Below, one piece after another: positions 21,649 through 31,964 of a stretch of 64,000 nt of DNA. The DNA comes from an uncultured Nitrososphaerales archaeon. Its GTDB lineage: Archaea; Thermoproteota; Nitrososphaeria; Nitrososphaerales; Nitrososphaeraceae. How positions within the stretch are numbered: the first letter of the stretch is position 1; the number at the start of each line of letters is the position of its first letter. The stretch is taken from assembly GCA_963709405.1 (NCBI GenBank), contig CAVPXM010000055.1, forward strand, positions 256,001 through 320,000, read 5' to 3'. The notes below the pieces were generated by a model. It did not search any database. It was not told the DNA's origin and saw only the letters and a list, made by a program, of their open reading frames with translations. The position numbers and the translations under genes are program-made.

Positions 21649-22479
21649 TTACGTGGCTTTTAATATTCCAGTCATGTAAGGATGTACAGTACAGTGAAAT
21701 GGATATTGTTGTCCAGATGATAGCTTTGACGTATCGACTTTGGCTGATTCACCTGCGTTAATTATACTTGTATCAAATAACTTGCCAGCGTTTGCATCAT
21801 CAGGTCCCTTCCCATTTGTAACAGTATGAGGTACAGAATCTTTATTTACTACTTGCACAACATTGCCCTTTTTGACACTAATTGGATCGGGGTTATAGGC
21901 TGGGTTTCCTTGTATTGAAGCACCTTGCATAACAGTAAGGGTTGCACCAACAGGTCCACTAACGTTAGTAGTGGATACATTACCGGCTGCTCCACCACTT
22001 GCTGGTGAAGCTCCTTCCGAAGATGCTGATTTCGCTTGTCCAGCAGTCGCACTGGCCGCGTTAGGAGGCTCTACAAAAAGTTTTGCACGCATATTATAAT
22101 GCAACAAGCCACAATATTCCCTACACTGTATAAGGTACTGCCCAGGCACGTCAAACATGTTCCATACTGTATTTACTCTACCAGGAACGGCATCCATTAA
22201 TACAGTAAAATCTGGAATATTAAAGCTGTGAATCACATCCTTTGAAACTACTTCAAACCTGTAAGGAATGCCTTGTTTCACATGCAACTCGCCGATCTCT
22301 TTCGTTCCGTCGGCATGTTCAAATGTCCAAAACCATTGTTGTCCTGTAACCTTAATTATTTGAGAATTAGGCGGTATTGCCTCTATTTGGTGTTCAATGT
22401 TCCAGGCATCTGCACCAACCCAAACCAATAGAGCAACGACGGCGCCGATGTACACCCATTCATATATTGCATGACTCAT
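21649..22479 (-). CDS. coxB: Heme-copper oxidase subunit II with fused C-terminal cupredoxin
   Basis: GQQWFW, DVIHSF, DAVPG, CREYCGLLHYNM CuA motif; then linker and type-1 Cu domain (PHT..CTVHPYM). Confidence 0.95.
   Translation of the reverse strand: MSHAIYEWVYIGAVVALLVWVGADAWNIEHQIEAIPPNSQIIKVTGQQWFWTFEHADGTKEIGELHVKQGIPYRFEVVSKDVIHSFNIPDFTVLMDAVPGRVNTVWNMFDVPGQYLIQCREYCGLLHYNMRAKLFVEPPNAASATAGQAKSASSEGASPASGGAAGNVSTTNVSGPVGATLTVMQGASIQGNPAYNPDPISVKKGNVVQVVNKDSVPHTVTNGKGPDDANAGKLFDTSIINAGESAKVDTSKLSSGQQYPFHCTVHPYMTGILKAT
21651..21927. repeat. Direct repeat copy 2 (cupredoxin module)
   Basis: Near-identical to 19073-19349. Confidence 0.95.
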
Positions 22480-22767
22480 CTAGCGATGAGCACCCTCCAT
22501 AGATGTTCTAGGTTGATTCTTCTTGTTAGATTCTCTAAACCTCCAAGCGACGTAAACAATAGCTCCTTGGACCAAAGCACCTACAACGAATGCTGCTACC
22601 ATACCTCGATAGAACAAAGCCCAGATCTCTACCCTCCTATCAATGATGAAACTCGATGGTGATTGTTGGGCAAAGGCGTGACCAACTGTTATGCTGAGGA
22701 GTAATGCGACTAAGGGAAACATTATTAGTACTATGAGCCATAGATGAGCATTTGATTTTGATATCAT
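22480..22767 (-). CDS. Small membrane protein at head of cox operon (resembles CoxII N-terminal TM segment)
   Basis: Signal-like helix plus WALFYRGMVAAFVVGALVQGAIVYVAWRFRE; abuts coxB start. Confidence 0.8.
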   Translation of the reverse strand: MISKSNAHLWLIVLIMFPLVALLLSITVGHAFAQQSPSSFIIDRRVEIWALFYRGMVAAFVVGALVQGAIVYVAWRFRESNKKNQPRTSMEGAHR

Positions 22768-22809
22768 TATCTAATCCTCTTTGTCTTGCCTCATAAAGCT
22801 TTGTAAATG

Positions 22810-22827
22810 ATATTTAAGGTTTTTCAT
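22810..22827 (-). promoter_or_regulatory. BRE/TATA promoter of cox operon
   Basis: Minus strand ATGAAAAAC-CTTAAATA about 45 nt upstream of first ATG. Confidence 0.55.
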
Positions 22828-22832
22828 AAGAT

Positions 22833-23822
22833 GGATCTGTAGAAACCATCTTTTGAATACGGTTAGAGATTTGTAGAAGCATAATCCAATATGGATGTTG
22901 AAAGAATCAAGATATGTTAGGCTGGCTGGCAAATACTATGTAGCGTATTTTAAGAAATTCAAGGATATCGTTCTTTCTTCGCAGGAAGAGCAACCATGTC
23001 TTCACGATGTGGAAGCATCCAGTATTGCCCACAATAAGACAGTACGAAGGTAAGAAAGAGGTATAGTATGTTTATCAAATGGCTGGTTAGTTGAAGCGCA
23101 TTACCTAAGATTATTTCTACGATTATCACGTATTGCCCACTTTACAACATTTCAGAAGTTTACAGACAGAATTAACTATTCATTACTCGAAAAGATAATT
23201 TCGTCATTTATTGTAATTAGCGGTACCAAGCGTATCTTTGTAGGAATAGATAGACTCGACAGGATTCAAGAAAGAATGATAACTCATGCTTCGCTGCACT
23301 ATTATTCTGCGCGAACAGGAAGGAGAAGAAAATATGCGAAATTATCTAATGGAGCTGACGTATTACAGCAAATTATATGTAACATAAGGATAAGAAGAGC
23401 TCCAACAAGACATGATAATAATATAGATTTTAAACCAATTGTAAAGAGGATTGCAAATACCCTTCCATTATCTATGGTTACAGGTGACGAGAGTTACGAT
23501 AGGAGTGAAGACAATCATCTTTTGGTAAGAGATGACTTATGCATTCCGTATAATCCCAGCTCGATATGAACATGTACCAATATGGAGAACACATGGTAAA
23601 TATATATAGGAAACAGATGAAGCGCGGCTATTCCAAATTATTGTAGAATCAACGAAACAAGAAGGATGAAACCATAATGTCAGTTATAAAACGACTGTCT
23701 GGAGATCATCTTATGTTTAGATTGACTAGAACACAGAACAGGGGATTTTCATTAAGATGCATAACCTACAACATGCATAGACTGACTAATCTTATAAAAT
23801 TGATGATGTTTTCTACAAAGCC
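22833..23822 (+). mobile_element. Degenerate IS5-type insertion sequence (~990 bp) with fragmented DDE transposase
   Basis: Imperfect 18-bp terminal inverted repeats GGATCTGTAGAAACCATC / revcomp GGCTTTGTAGAAAACATC; remnants HFTTFQKF, VGID-STGF, GDESYD, ETIMSVIKR; many stops and shifts. Confidence 0.85.
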
Positions 23823-23987
23823 CATAGAATATGAACTTCGCCAAAATGAAGTGATGACGACTCAGAGATTTGTAGAGGTAGACATCTATTTAGTAGAACA
23901 AGAGATTGATTGAATGGATAGGTAGTAGTAAGGTTGCATGGCACTACTACTTGTTCGAGATCGATCGACAATGACTTCCTGAACAAC

Positions 23988-25101
23988 TCAAGTAACATGG
24001 ACTAAATGTGCCTGTAATTGCTTTTTCTCCCACCTCATAAGATATATAATTCCTACAACCAGGCACGCTTCTAATACCTTATCCAAGATTCCACCCAGGT
24101 CAATGTCTTCAGGGGAATTATTTGGTGACAAGGGAGGTGGTAATACGATTGAATAAATATATAGGCCAAGTAAGACACCCGTACCGAGTAATCCAAAAAG
24201 GTTCAAGACTAAGGTCTTCCTGTAATATGCCACGGCGAAATGAACGCTAGTGATGCCTAAGCTGCCGACTGCTGACAGTAAGAAGAGTGTACAACATACC
24301 ATATGCAAATTGACAGCCACCTGCAACGAGTAGAAAAATACTGTACTCTATCCTCAACGATCCATGATCCGCGTAGACAGCCAAATGGACAAAGCCTGCT
24401 GCTATAGCTAGCAGCATGATAATGTATTTTAATACATATTTATTCTCAGGCTCGCCTAGGGTACCCGTTTTACTCTTTCGGTTCCTGTAGGCTAAACCCA
24501 AAATGATCCCGAAGACAACTATGATACCTACTACTCCCACGGAGACCGCCCCGACAAAAATATCTCCGAATGTATTCGTCACCGAAATATTGAATACGCC
24601 TCTATCGCAATTGCAACCTTGATTACTACTCAGGATATCTCTCGGAGGACTAGTTGTTCCGATCTGAGGTTCAGTCTTATCTTGATTGTCGGAAATACTC
24701 AAGACTAATTGGTAATTGCCTACCTGTCTAAATGTATGATAAAGGTCAAAGTCACCAGACGTCCTCATGGTCCAAGGATAAGCTGCAATCCTCTCACCAG
24801 TCCTCTCGGAATATATTTCAACCATTGTCAAAATACGATGCCTTACGTCATTCCCATTATAATCTTGAATGCTAAAGCTCATCCTAGCAGGTTGATTAGT
24901 AGGCGTATATTCGGGATCAATTGCCTGGTACACGTAATAATTCCCTATCCCCAAACCGCTGCCATTGTAATGCGGGAGGTGCGCGAAGTGAGCAAAGGCG
25001 GTTTTAATTAGCGGCGTCGGCAACAAGAAACATATGAGCATGATCGAGAGTGATAAACTTAGAAGGAATTTATTGCCAAAAATATATGATATTCTGGCCA
25101 T
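23988..25101 (-). CDS. Secreted/multi-pass membrane protein with His-rich mature N-terminus; +1 frameshift near 24270
   Basis: Signal peptide ending AFA, HFAHLPHY, extracellular domain with CNC, then ~5 TM helices with HLAVYADH; ORFs 24247-25167 and 23988-24326. Confidence 0.7.
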
Positions 25102-25262
25102 TACGAATGTAATCCTTCCACCTAATATAATTTGTAATGGGATAAATGTAGGGTTACACTCCATCACATTAAACTTGAACTCTAATACTTTGGCTTATTA
25201 AAGAAACGTGACAATTTGAACGACCAAGGCTCAGTGGGCGTTGCTTATTTATCAAAATTGAA

Positions 25263-25886
25263 CTAGTCTTTGATGTACCGATCCATGTTCATCACATTCA
25301 CTCCGAATAAAGAGTAGAGATTACCTTCGTTTTTTAATATCGTGAGAGAAGCATTCCTGATATGCCATCGATATAGTACTTCAGGGGTTAGATCAAGTAA
25401 CGTTGATATCGCTGCCTTAATGGGATCCAAATGAGTGACCATTAAAATATTCTCATCTGTATAATTCACCCTGATCTCGTTTAAAAGACTGTTCACGCGT
25501 TCCTTTACCGATGTAAAAGTCTCAACGCCACACTTAACCAAAAATGGATCCTGTTCCGCATAAAATTTAAGAAACAAGTTTCCATATTTATTAATAATCT
25601 CTTCGTAATTCATCCCCACCAATATTCCAAGGTCTATTTCATACAAACGTTCGTCGATTTCATAAGAAGTCCCAAGGATTTTAGAGACGATCTCCGCAGT
25701 TTCTATTGTTCGAATGACTGGGCTAGCATATATTTTTTCGATTGGAACATCTTGAAAAAATCTAGCCGCTTCGGCAACCTGTTGTCTGCCGTAAGAAGTC
25801 AAGTGGGATTCTAAGTGTCTGCCCACCAGTACTCTATTAACATTGTTTTCAGCTTCTCCATGTCGCATAAGTATCGCCAAAGCCAA
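25263..25886 (-). CDS. Histidine phosphatase (phosphoglycerate mutase family)
   Basis: MRHGE, ASPVIRTIETA, LYEIDLG, VTH. Confidence 0.9.
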   Translation of the reverse strand: MALAILMRHGEAENNVNRVLVGRHLESHLTSYGRQQVAEAARFFQDVPIEKIYASPVIRTIETAEIVSKILGTSYEIDERLYEIDLGILVGMNYEEIINKYGNLFLKFYAEQDPFLVKCGVETFTSVKERVNSLLNEIRVNYTDENILMVTHLDPIKAAISTLLDLTPEVLYRWHIRNASLTILKNEGNLYSLFGVNVMNMDRYIKD

Positions 25887-26571
25887 GCCGTATTCTCTGT
25901 TAAATAAATATCTATGAGTATTAATATCCTATGTAAATTCTCGTGATCTACCTTCTACCGAACAATCTCTTGCCTATGAGCGAGCCATAAATTCGACAAA
26001 ATATCATTGTCATTACAGTGTAAGAGATTAGTTGCATGTTAAAGTGTCATTTTAGCCCCAGGCAGATAAATCCAAATCCTCCCGCGGAATATTAAACCCC
26101 TACCAACTAAAGATGATGAGCGGATGAACAATATTTAGTAACCCAATTTGACCTTATTGAGCCTCCACATAATGCTAATGTCGTTGAATTACCACTAGAC
26201 TGCATTACGACCAACGCCTAAGCTTCACGGTCTTTGATTACTCTCCCCGACCATGCCATCTTGGTCCAGACCCTAGTATCAAGTTACAAATCTTCTGATT
26301 CTAATTTTTCATTCCATTCCATTATCATTGATGACAATCTGTCTTGTTTACTGAATCGAGACCCGCCAGGAAAGGTAGCAGGAAATTATAACAAGAAGCA
26401 TAAAACTATTAATTCAATCTTTGGGTATATTGGGTATGTTATTTCAAACCCATTCAAATAGAAGATAGTGTGTCCCGAGTTTACATTATGGCTTATTTGA
26501 GGCGATACATTGTTATCATCCTTGACCGTGTTAGTAATACTAAAATAGGATAGCTTCTGTAATCCTATCAA

Positions 26572-26712
26572 TTAGAAGCCGCCAAATGGGTTTGGATTCG
26601 ATTGACTATCACTTTCACCTCTTTCGCTGTGTGCTTTCCTTTCGTGTCTTTTTAATCTATCCTTTCCCTCAAATTTCATATTGCAGTATTTGCATTTGAT
26701 TAGCGCGTTCAT
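26572..26712 (-). CDS. Small C2H2 zinc-finger protein (46 aa)
   Basis: CKYC-x12-HERKAH. Confidence 0.75.
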   Translation of the reverse strand: MNALIKCKYCNMKFEGKDRLKRHERKAHSERGESDSQSNPNPFGGF

Positions 26713-26853
26713 ATCCTTATCATTTCGTTTGAATAGAATCATACTAATCCTTATGAAATACCATGGCACATTAAAGTTACGGACAGCTTCGCCATCCAAA
26801 TAACCATTCGTGTGTTTAAGAAATCAACTGTCAAGATGAAAAAGGCTCATACT

Positions 26854-27084
26854 TTAGTCCATTACAATCATCGTCAAAGTCGATTTAACGCCATTCAGTT
26901 TTCTCAACTTCCAAGTAATTGTCTCCTTTACCCTTTCCATGGTATTCGATTCTACTTGAGCTACTATATCATAAACCCCGTAAACCTGATATACTTGCGT
27001 TACACCTTCGATTTTTTTAAGCTCGTTCACAATCGAGTCTTCGCTTCCTAACTCAGCATTCATCAATACGAACGCTTGTGGCAT
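26854..27084 (-). CDS. Stand-alone Lrp/AsnC ligand-binding (RAM) domain protein
   Basis: AFVLMNAELGSE...VYGVYDIVAQVE...LRKLNGVKSTLTMIV. Confidence 0.9.
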   Translation of the reverse strand: MPQAFVLMNAELGSEDSIVNELKKIEGVTQVYQVYGVYDIVAQVESNTMERVKETITWKLRKLNGVKSTLTMIVMD

Positions 27085-27649
27085 AAACCTAATGGTATAA
27101 GTACAATCGTGTATAAAAACATGCGGAAGCCTCGCGTAGTTGCCTATCAAAGGTTCATACAATTCAATGTATTCTCAATAATGCCTAACATCGCATTCTT
27201 GGCTCAGGATAAGATCTAGACTGGGATCATGAAGATCGATCTGCATTAGAACAAACTATCATTAAAGAACAGCTAGCACAAACTTGAGGATTTTAACCTT
27301 TTGAATTCGTTGTTTTGTAATGAATTTTTTGTTTCAATTGGAAACAGACATCAATCTAATACGTCGTTTGTAGAACGTACCATTTAGCAAAGTGTGTAGG
27401 TTGATAATCTCGAATTGTATCAGATAGTAATTATATATCTATGCACTTTAGCAGCCATCGAATTTGCTAGTTCTTATACTCCATTAAATATTAAATTGGT
27501 TACGTGGGAACGAGCAGAATTTTATAAAACATCTGCTATTTACGGCACTTGACTGGACTTCAAAACTGCTCCATAGAAGATTTTTACCAGGTTAGGTAAA
27601 GACTTTATAAAATCAATAACCTAAATAAGGCAACCAGTCATCAAACCCC

Positions 27650-27796
27650 ATGGTAAAATTTGATGGAATCAAGGGACAGGAACTATTGGACGTTGAAGAA
27701 ATTGGTGGTGAGCTAACCCTGATCTTCAAGGATAACAGATACCTCTTTGTCAAAGTGATCGACTGCAAATTGGTATGTGATTCTGTTCCCGAATAA
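27650..27796 (+). CDS. Small protein (48 aa) MVKFDGIKGQELLDVEEIGGELTLIFKDNRYLFVKVIDCKLVCDSVPE, below ORF-track cut-off
   Basis: Clean ATG..TAA, TTTATAAA box at ~27604, globular composition; resembles a small AOA protein as remembered. Confidence 0.7.
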   Translation: MVKFDGIKGQELLDVEEIGGELTLIFKDNRYLFVKVIDCKLVCDSVPE

Positions 27797-27943
27797 GTAT
27801 ACATATCCATCTGCTCTAACGCCCTCTACTGACAACGTAAGATTAAAGGTTTTTACTTCATTGGTTATCTACGTCTATCCAGTATGCCATGTGCTCATCC
27901 AAGCAAGTGGCATAGGTTATTTGTGCTTCATACAAAATCCAAC

Positions 27944-28465
27944 CTATGAAATCTGCTCGCGTAAGATTTGTATTTCATTAGATTTTGCATGTAGCTTACT
28001 TGGCTCGGAAAAGTAGTGTTTCCCCCAAGACACGTTGATATCTGCTTGGAAAATATTTTTTCCTGGTTTAAGATCACTACCGTTAATTTCAATAATCTTG
28101 TCAACGTCGAAAAGTAGGGCCTTTGCTTCGTCCACTGTTGTTGGATAGAACGAATTGTCATCCTTAACTATCATTATCCAGATCCTATAAGGAATCTTGG
28201 GACTCCTAGTCCAGAATAATACTCCCTTTCTGACGAACCTTATGGACGACAATACATTTCGGTTTGACACTAGTGCCACTTTTGTAGTCAGTCTGAATAT
28301 ATTGTCGTTCCTGTCATATGCTCTCTCCCAATTACGTTGTTCAAAGACCTCCCTTATCTTACCCTGGATTCTAAATGATAGGCTCAGAGTAAGAAGTTCA
28401 TTCGTTCTTACCCTGTCATGGGATTTGCTTAAAGTAATATTCATGATAGAACTTGTTTTTTCCAA
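27944..28465 (-). CDS. Hypothetical protein
   Basis: 173 aa ORF, beta-rich, divergent from rpoL. Confidence 0.8.
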   Translation of the reverse strand: MEKTSSIMNITLSKSHDRVRTNELLTLSLSFRIQGKIREVFEQRNWERAYDRNDNIFRLTTKVALVSNRNVLSSIRFVRKGVLFWTRSPKIPYRIWIMIVKDDNSFYPTTVDEAKALLFDVDKIIEINGSDLKPGKNIFQADINVSWGKHYFSEPSKLHAKSNEIQILREQIS

Positions 28466-28530
28466 CTATGCCACCAATAAGAGATTCAGCAGGATATGAT
28501 TTATATCCTCAATAAGTAGTTGTCTGTTTA

Positions 28531-28815
28531 ATGCTTGCAGAGATCACGCAGCTTAAGGAAAATGAATTGGAGTTAAAGATTGAAGAGGAGGATATATCCG
28601 TCATGTATATCATTCAATTTGAGCTATTGAAGCAAAAGGCTGTAGAATTTGCAGGCGTGATGCTAAAGCATCCACTAATAAGGGACTATGTGATGAGAGT
28701 TTTAACTAAGGAAATGGATCCTGTTCAAGCACTTAATGAAGCAACTACTTGTGCTTCAGATTACGTTGAAGCCCTGGGGAATACGTTCATTGAAGCATTG
28801 AAGAATAAAGATTAA
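28531..28815 (+). CDS. rpoL: RNA polymerase subunit Rpo11 (L)
   Basis: ELELKIEEED...VEFAGV..KHPL; upstream of TFS. Confidence 0.88.
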   Translation: MLAEITQLKENELELKIEEEDISVMYIIQFELLKQKAVEFAGVMLKHPLIRDYVMRVLTKEMDPVQALNEATTCASDYVEALGNTFIEALKNKD

Positions 28816-28834
28816 GAGAGGGGAATGTGGTTAG

Positions 28835-29191
28835 GTGAAGTTTTGCCCTAAATGCGAAACGAGGATGAAATCTAGGATTGATGAAGGAATTGTATTCTGC
28901 CCGAAGTGTGGTACAAAGTTTGATAATAAGATTGACTTAACCGATAGGACCTTTTCGGCAGTCAACAGGAAAGGAGGATCGATGTACTCTGAACAGGATT
29001 CAACCAGTTCTTTAAAAGTAATTGAAACTGACAAGGGCCCAAGCGCATTGCCTACAACAACTATAGATTGTACCAAGTGTGGAAATGACACGGCTTACTG
29101 GTGGATGCTCCAGACACGATCCGCTGACGAGGCAACGACCCAGTTTTATAGATGTACTAAGTGCAGTCATACGTGGAGAAACTATTCCTAG
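28835..29191 (+). CDS. tfs: Transcription elongation factor TFS (RpoM family)
   Basis: FCPKC..CPKC and CTKC...QTRSADE..TQFYRCTKC. Confidence 0.93.
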   Translation: MKFCPKCETRMKSRIDEGIVFCPKCGTKFDNKIDLTDRTFSAVNRKGGSMYSEQDSTSSLKVIETDKGPSALPTTTIDCTKCGNDTAYWWMLQTRSADEATTQFYRCTKCSHTWRNYS

Positions 29192-29240
29192 GACTGTTTA
29201 GATTTATTTTCTCTCAAGTACTAATAGCGATGATTCGAAA

Positions 29241-29327
29241 CAGGGTTAAAGCTTACAGCTCTTAGTCAAGTATCAAGCGCTCAAACTGACTAAATGACTG
29301 CCAATACCAAAGCTCCTAGGTGCGGAC
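29241..29327 (-). ncRNA. Candidate rod-like structured small RNA (copy B)
   Basis: 5' GUCCGCACCUAGGAGCUUUGGUAU matches copy A; stems GCAGU/GCUGU and UUAGUCAG/UUGACUAA; TTAAAAAA box at the same spacing as copy A. Confidence 0.5.
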
Positions 29328-29368
29328 GGACATGATTACAGAACTTTTTTAAGTGGATAGCTCAATTC

Positions 29369-29437
29369 TTTGATAACGTGAGACACGGGTTCCGTAAGAT
29401 AAGAACCTATTGCGATATCGTAGTTATCAGGCCTCAC
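29369..29437 (+). ncRNA. Candidate multibranch/pseudoknot RNA divergent from copy B
   Basis: UUUGAUAAC/GUUAUCAGG closing stem, GUGAGACAC loop, GGGUUC/GAACCU hairpin, GUGAG/CUCAC pseudoknot. Confidence 0.3.
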
Positions 29438-29548
29438 AAAATCCTGAATTTAGTGTTGAGTATCCTAACGAAGGAAAAAAGTGTTGTTATAAGGAACGCA
29501 TAACAATACATTAAAATCGGTAAATCATCGCCAATCTATTGACGCTAC

Positions 29549-30301
29549 TTGGTATTCATAGCAAAGACGAGATCTACGGAAGAATGGAAGGCTGTAACTT
29601 CGGCAATCTCGACCTTGGTCGACGAGGCAACATTTGAAGCTAACGTTGAAGGTATTTCTTTTAGAGGGATGGATCCATCACATGTTGCGCTGATAGACAT
29701 CCATTGGCCAAATTCAACCTTTGAAAGCTTTGAGTGTGACTCCTCTGTAAAATTTGGTGTTCGTATTGACGAGCTTTTAAAAGTGATTAGAAGAGGAGAC
29801 AAGAAAGACTCGGTAGAAGTTAGACTCGGAGACGATAGCACCTTAGTAATAAAAATGTATAATGGATATCTTAGAGAGTATAAAATGAGGCTTATAGAGA
29901 GCTCTGCTAGCGCCACACCTCTCCCAAAATTAAGTTTCAATACTAAAGTAGTGTTAGTAGCCGGATCTTTCGACCGGATACTTTCAGACATAAATATTGT
30001 TTCAGAATACTTATCCATTGGATCTGAGTCATCGGTCGTTCGTTTCTCTGGAAAAGGAGATTCTGGCGAGGCGGAGATAATTCTTGAACCAAAGAGCGAG
30101 GGGTTAGAAGAACTGAGCGTAAAAGAACCGAGTACAGCTACCTACAGCATAGATTATCTTTCTAAGATTACAAAGGCGATAAGCACCGTTGGCGGATCTA
30201 TAGCTGCTGAATTCTCAAGCAAAATGCCTATTCGATTAGAATTTAGAGTCATAAATATGGGCCGCATTCATTTCTATCTTGCCCCGAGAGTTCAAGATTA
30301 A
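29549..30301 (+). CDS. pcn: PCNA sliding clamp
   Basis: GMDPSHVALID, FSSKMP, FYLAPRV. Confidence 0.97.
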   Translation: MVFIAKTRSTEEWKAVTSAISTLVDEATFEANVEGISFRGMDPSHVALIDIHWPNSTFESFECDSSVKFGVRIDELLKVIRRGDKKDSVEVRLGDDSTLVIKMYNGYLREYKMRLIESSASATPLPKLSFNTKVVLVAGSFDRILSDINIVSEYLSIGSESSVVRFSGKGDSGEAEIILEPKSEGLEELSVKEPSTATYSIDYLSKITKAISTVGGSIAAEFSSKMPIRLEFRVINMGRIHFYLAPRVQD

Positions 30302-30456
30302 GTTGTTCTACATAAGTGTCTCATCGATAGGCTCTTGTAAAGCGATCCCTGCGATTATTCAGTTAAACAAATCGAGTACACTGTCACTATTTGCTTTCAA
30401 CAGCTTTCAACATGAACTGAAACTAAAGCATGCCGAGTTATCAGTTCAGTTAATGC

Positions 30457-31383
30457 ATGAAAAAAGAATCTCGATATTCGAAATATTTTCGTAATTGTGT
30501 TTATCTAGAAGAATCGATCTTGACCAAACCTCTGGACTCTTTTCTTAGATCAAATGTCGATTCCTTTTCTAATGCTGATATTGTCCTATTGAGCGTAGCT
30601 GATGAATCAAAATCTCTCTCTAGACGCAAAGGGGCGAGCAAGGGCCCACATTCTATTCGTATTGCGTCGAATGAATCAGATTTTTTTTTCAGAGATGGAA
30701 AATTAATTCCAATTATGCCGATGCGTGGCAACCTGAATGACAAGAAGATTTATGATCTAGGTTACGTGAGGAGGGAAGAATTATACACTTCCATATATGA
30801 TATTGTCACAAAGAAGAAAATTCCTTTCTTGATAGGAGGAGATCATTCGTTAACGACTATCGCACTGAAAGCAGTCGGGGACGCTTTTGGAAAAGTTAGT
30901 CTTATCTACTTTGACGCGCATCCAGATTTCGTATCGTCGATGTCAGATTATTACGGCTCCGTTTTGAGCGATTCATCTGACTATCTTGATTTTGAGAATA
31001 GCATCCTCATTGGGACCAGGGCCGCCGAGAGAGAGGAACTAGAAAATATAAAGAGAGTAGGACTAGAAATTGTTACTCCGCTAGATATAGCAGAACTTGG
31101 AATTTCAGAAATAGCAAAGAAACTAGATTCTAACTCAACGAGTAAGAAATACATCTCAGTCGATTTAGATTGTGTCGATCCTTGTTTTGCACCTGGCGTT
31201 TCAGTTCCGAGTGCAGGAGGGCTATCAGCCATAGAACTAATTTACCTCATAAAACAAGCCGTTGCAACAGGAATGGTGGGAATGGACTTAAGTGAACTAT
31301 GTCCGGATTTTGATATTAATAACATAACTTCTAATCTGGCCGCTCGGATCATTTCTGAATCAATTGCTTCAATTAGGATCTAG
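30457..31383 (+). CDS. Ureohydrolase (agmatinase/arginase family)
   Basis: GGDHS, FDAHPD, SVDLDCVDP.FAPG, SELCP. Confidence 0.9.
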   Translation: MKKESRYSKYFRNCVYLEESILTKPLDSFLRSNVDSFSNADIVLLSVADESKSLSRRKGASKGPHSIRIASNESDFFFRDGKLIPIMPMRGNLNDKKIYDLGYVRREELYTSIYDIVTKKKIPFLIGGDHSLTTIALKAVGDAFGKVSLIYFDAHPDFVSSMSDYYGSVLSDSSDYLDFENSILIGTRAAEREELENIKRVGLEIVTPLDIAELGISEIAKKLDSNSTSKKYISVDLDCVDPCFAPGVSVPSAGGLSAIELIYLIKQAVATGMVGMDLSELCPDFDINNITSNLAARIISESIASIRI

Positions 31384-31617
31384 ATAATTCTACAGACGTT
31401 TTGAAATGTAGTGATCTGATGGAATTAAATCTATTCGATCGATGCTGTGTCTTTTTTTGTAACAACTAGCATTTTGAATGATTAATGTCATGTATTAATA
31501 CAAGCAGTCCCTATGCTTGAAGGAAAGATCGGATGATTATATTTTTGATTGATTTGACAACTTTTGTCCACCCCGATCCTAATCTTATTTACAACCAATA
31601 TCAGAAAGCTAGAGTGT

Positions 31618-31824
31618 ATGGAAATTTACGAGATACACAAATACGAGGAAGGTATTTTTAAGTATGTTGTCGCGAGAACCAATAGATATCCCGAAGATAA
31701 GGTGAGGGAAGATGTTGAAAAAATGAATCAAATGCTAACTGAAGATCTAAAGTCCCGAGGGACACGCTACGAATTTATGGTGGGATCAACTTCCGATGAG
31801 ACAAGTCATCGTTCTAACAGATGA
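31618..31824 (+). CDS. Small hypothetical protein
   Basis: ATG at 31618 with TATA-like ~25 nt upstream; 68 aa. Confidence 0.6.
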   Translation: MEIYEIHKYEEGIFKYVVARTNRYPEDKVREDVEKMNQMLTEDLKSRGTRYEFMVGSTSDETSHRSNR

Positions 31825-31964
31825 CATTACACAGCTCTATGTAATTTATTCAGCATAACATGTACTTAGGCTACTTCATTTGTATCCTGAGGTGGCCACC
31901 TCTAAATTAGCTGAGGCCCACGCTATGCGGTATCAATAAATGAAAAGATGTGCTGCATAATACT

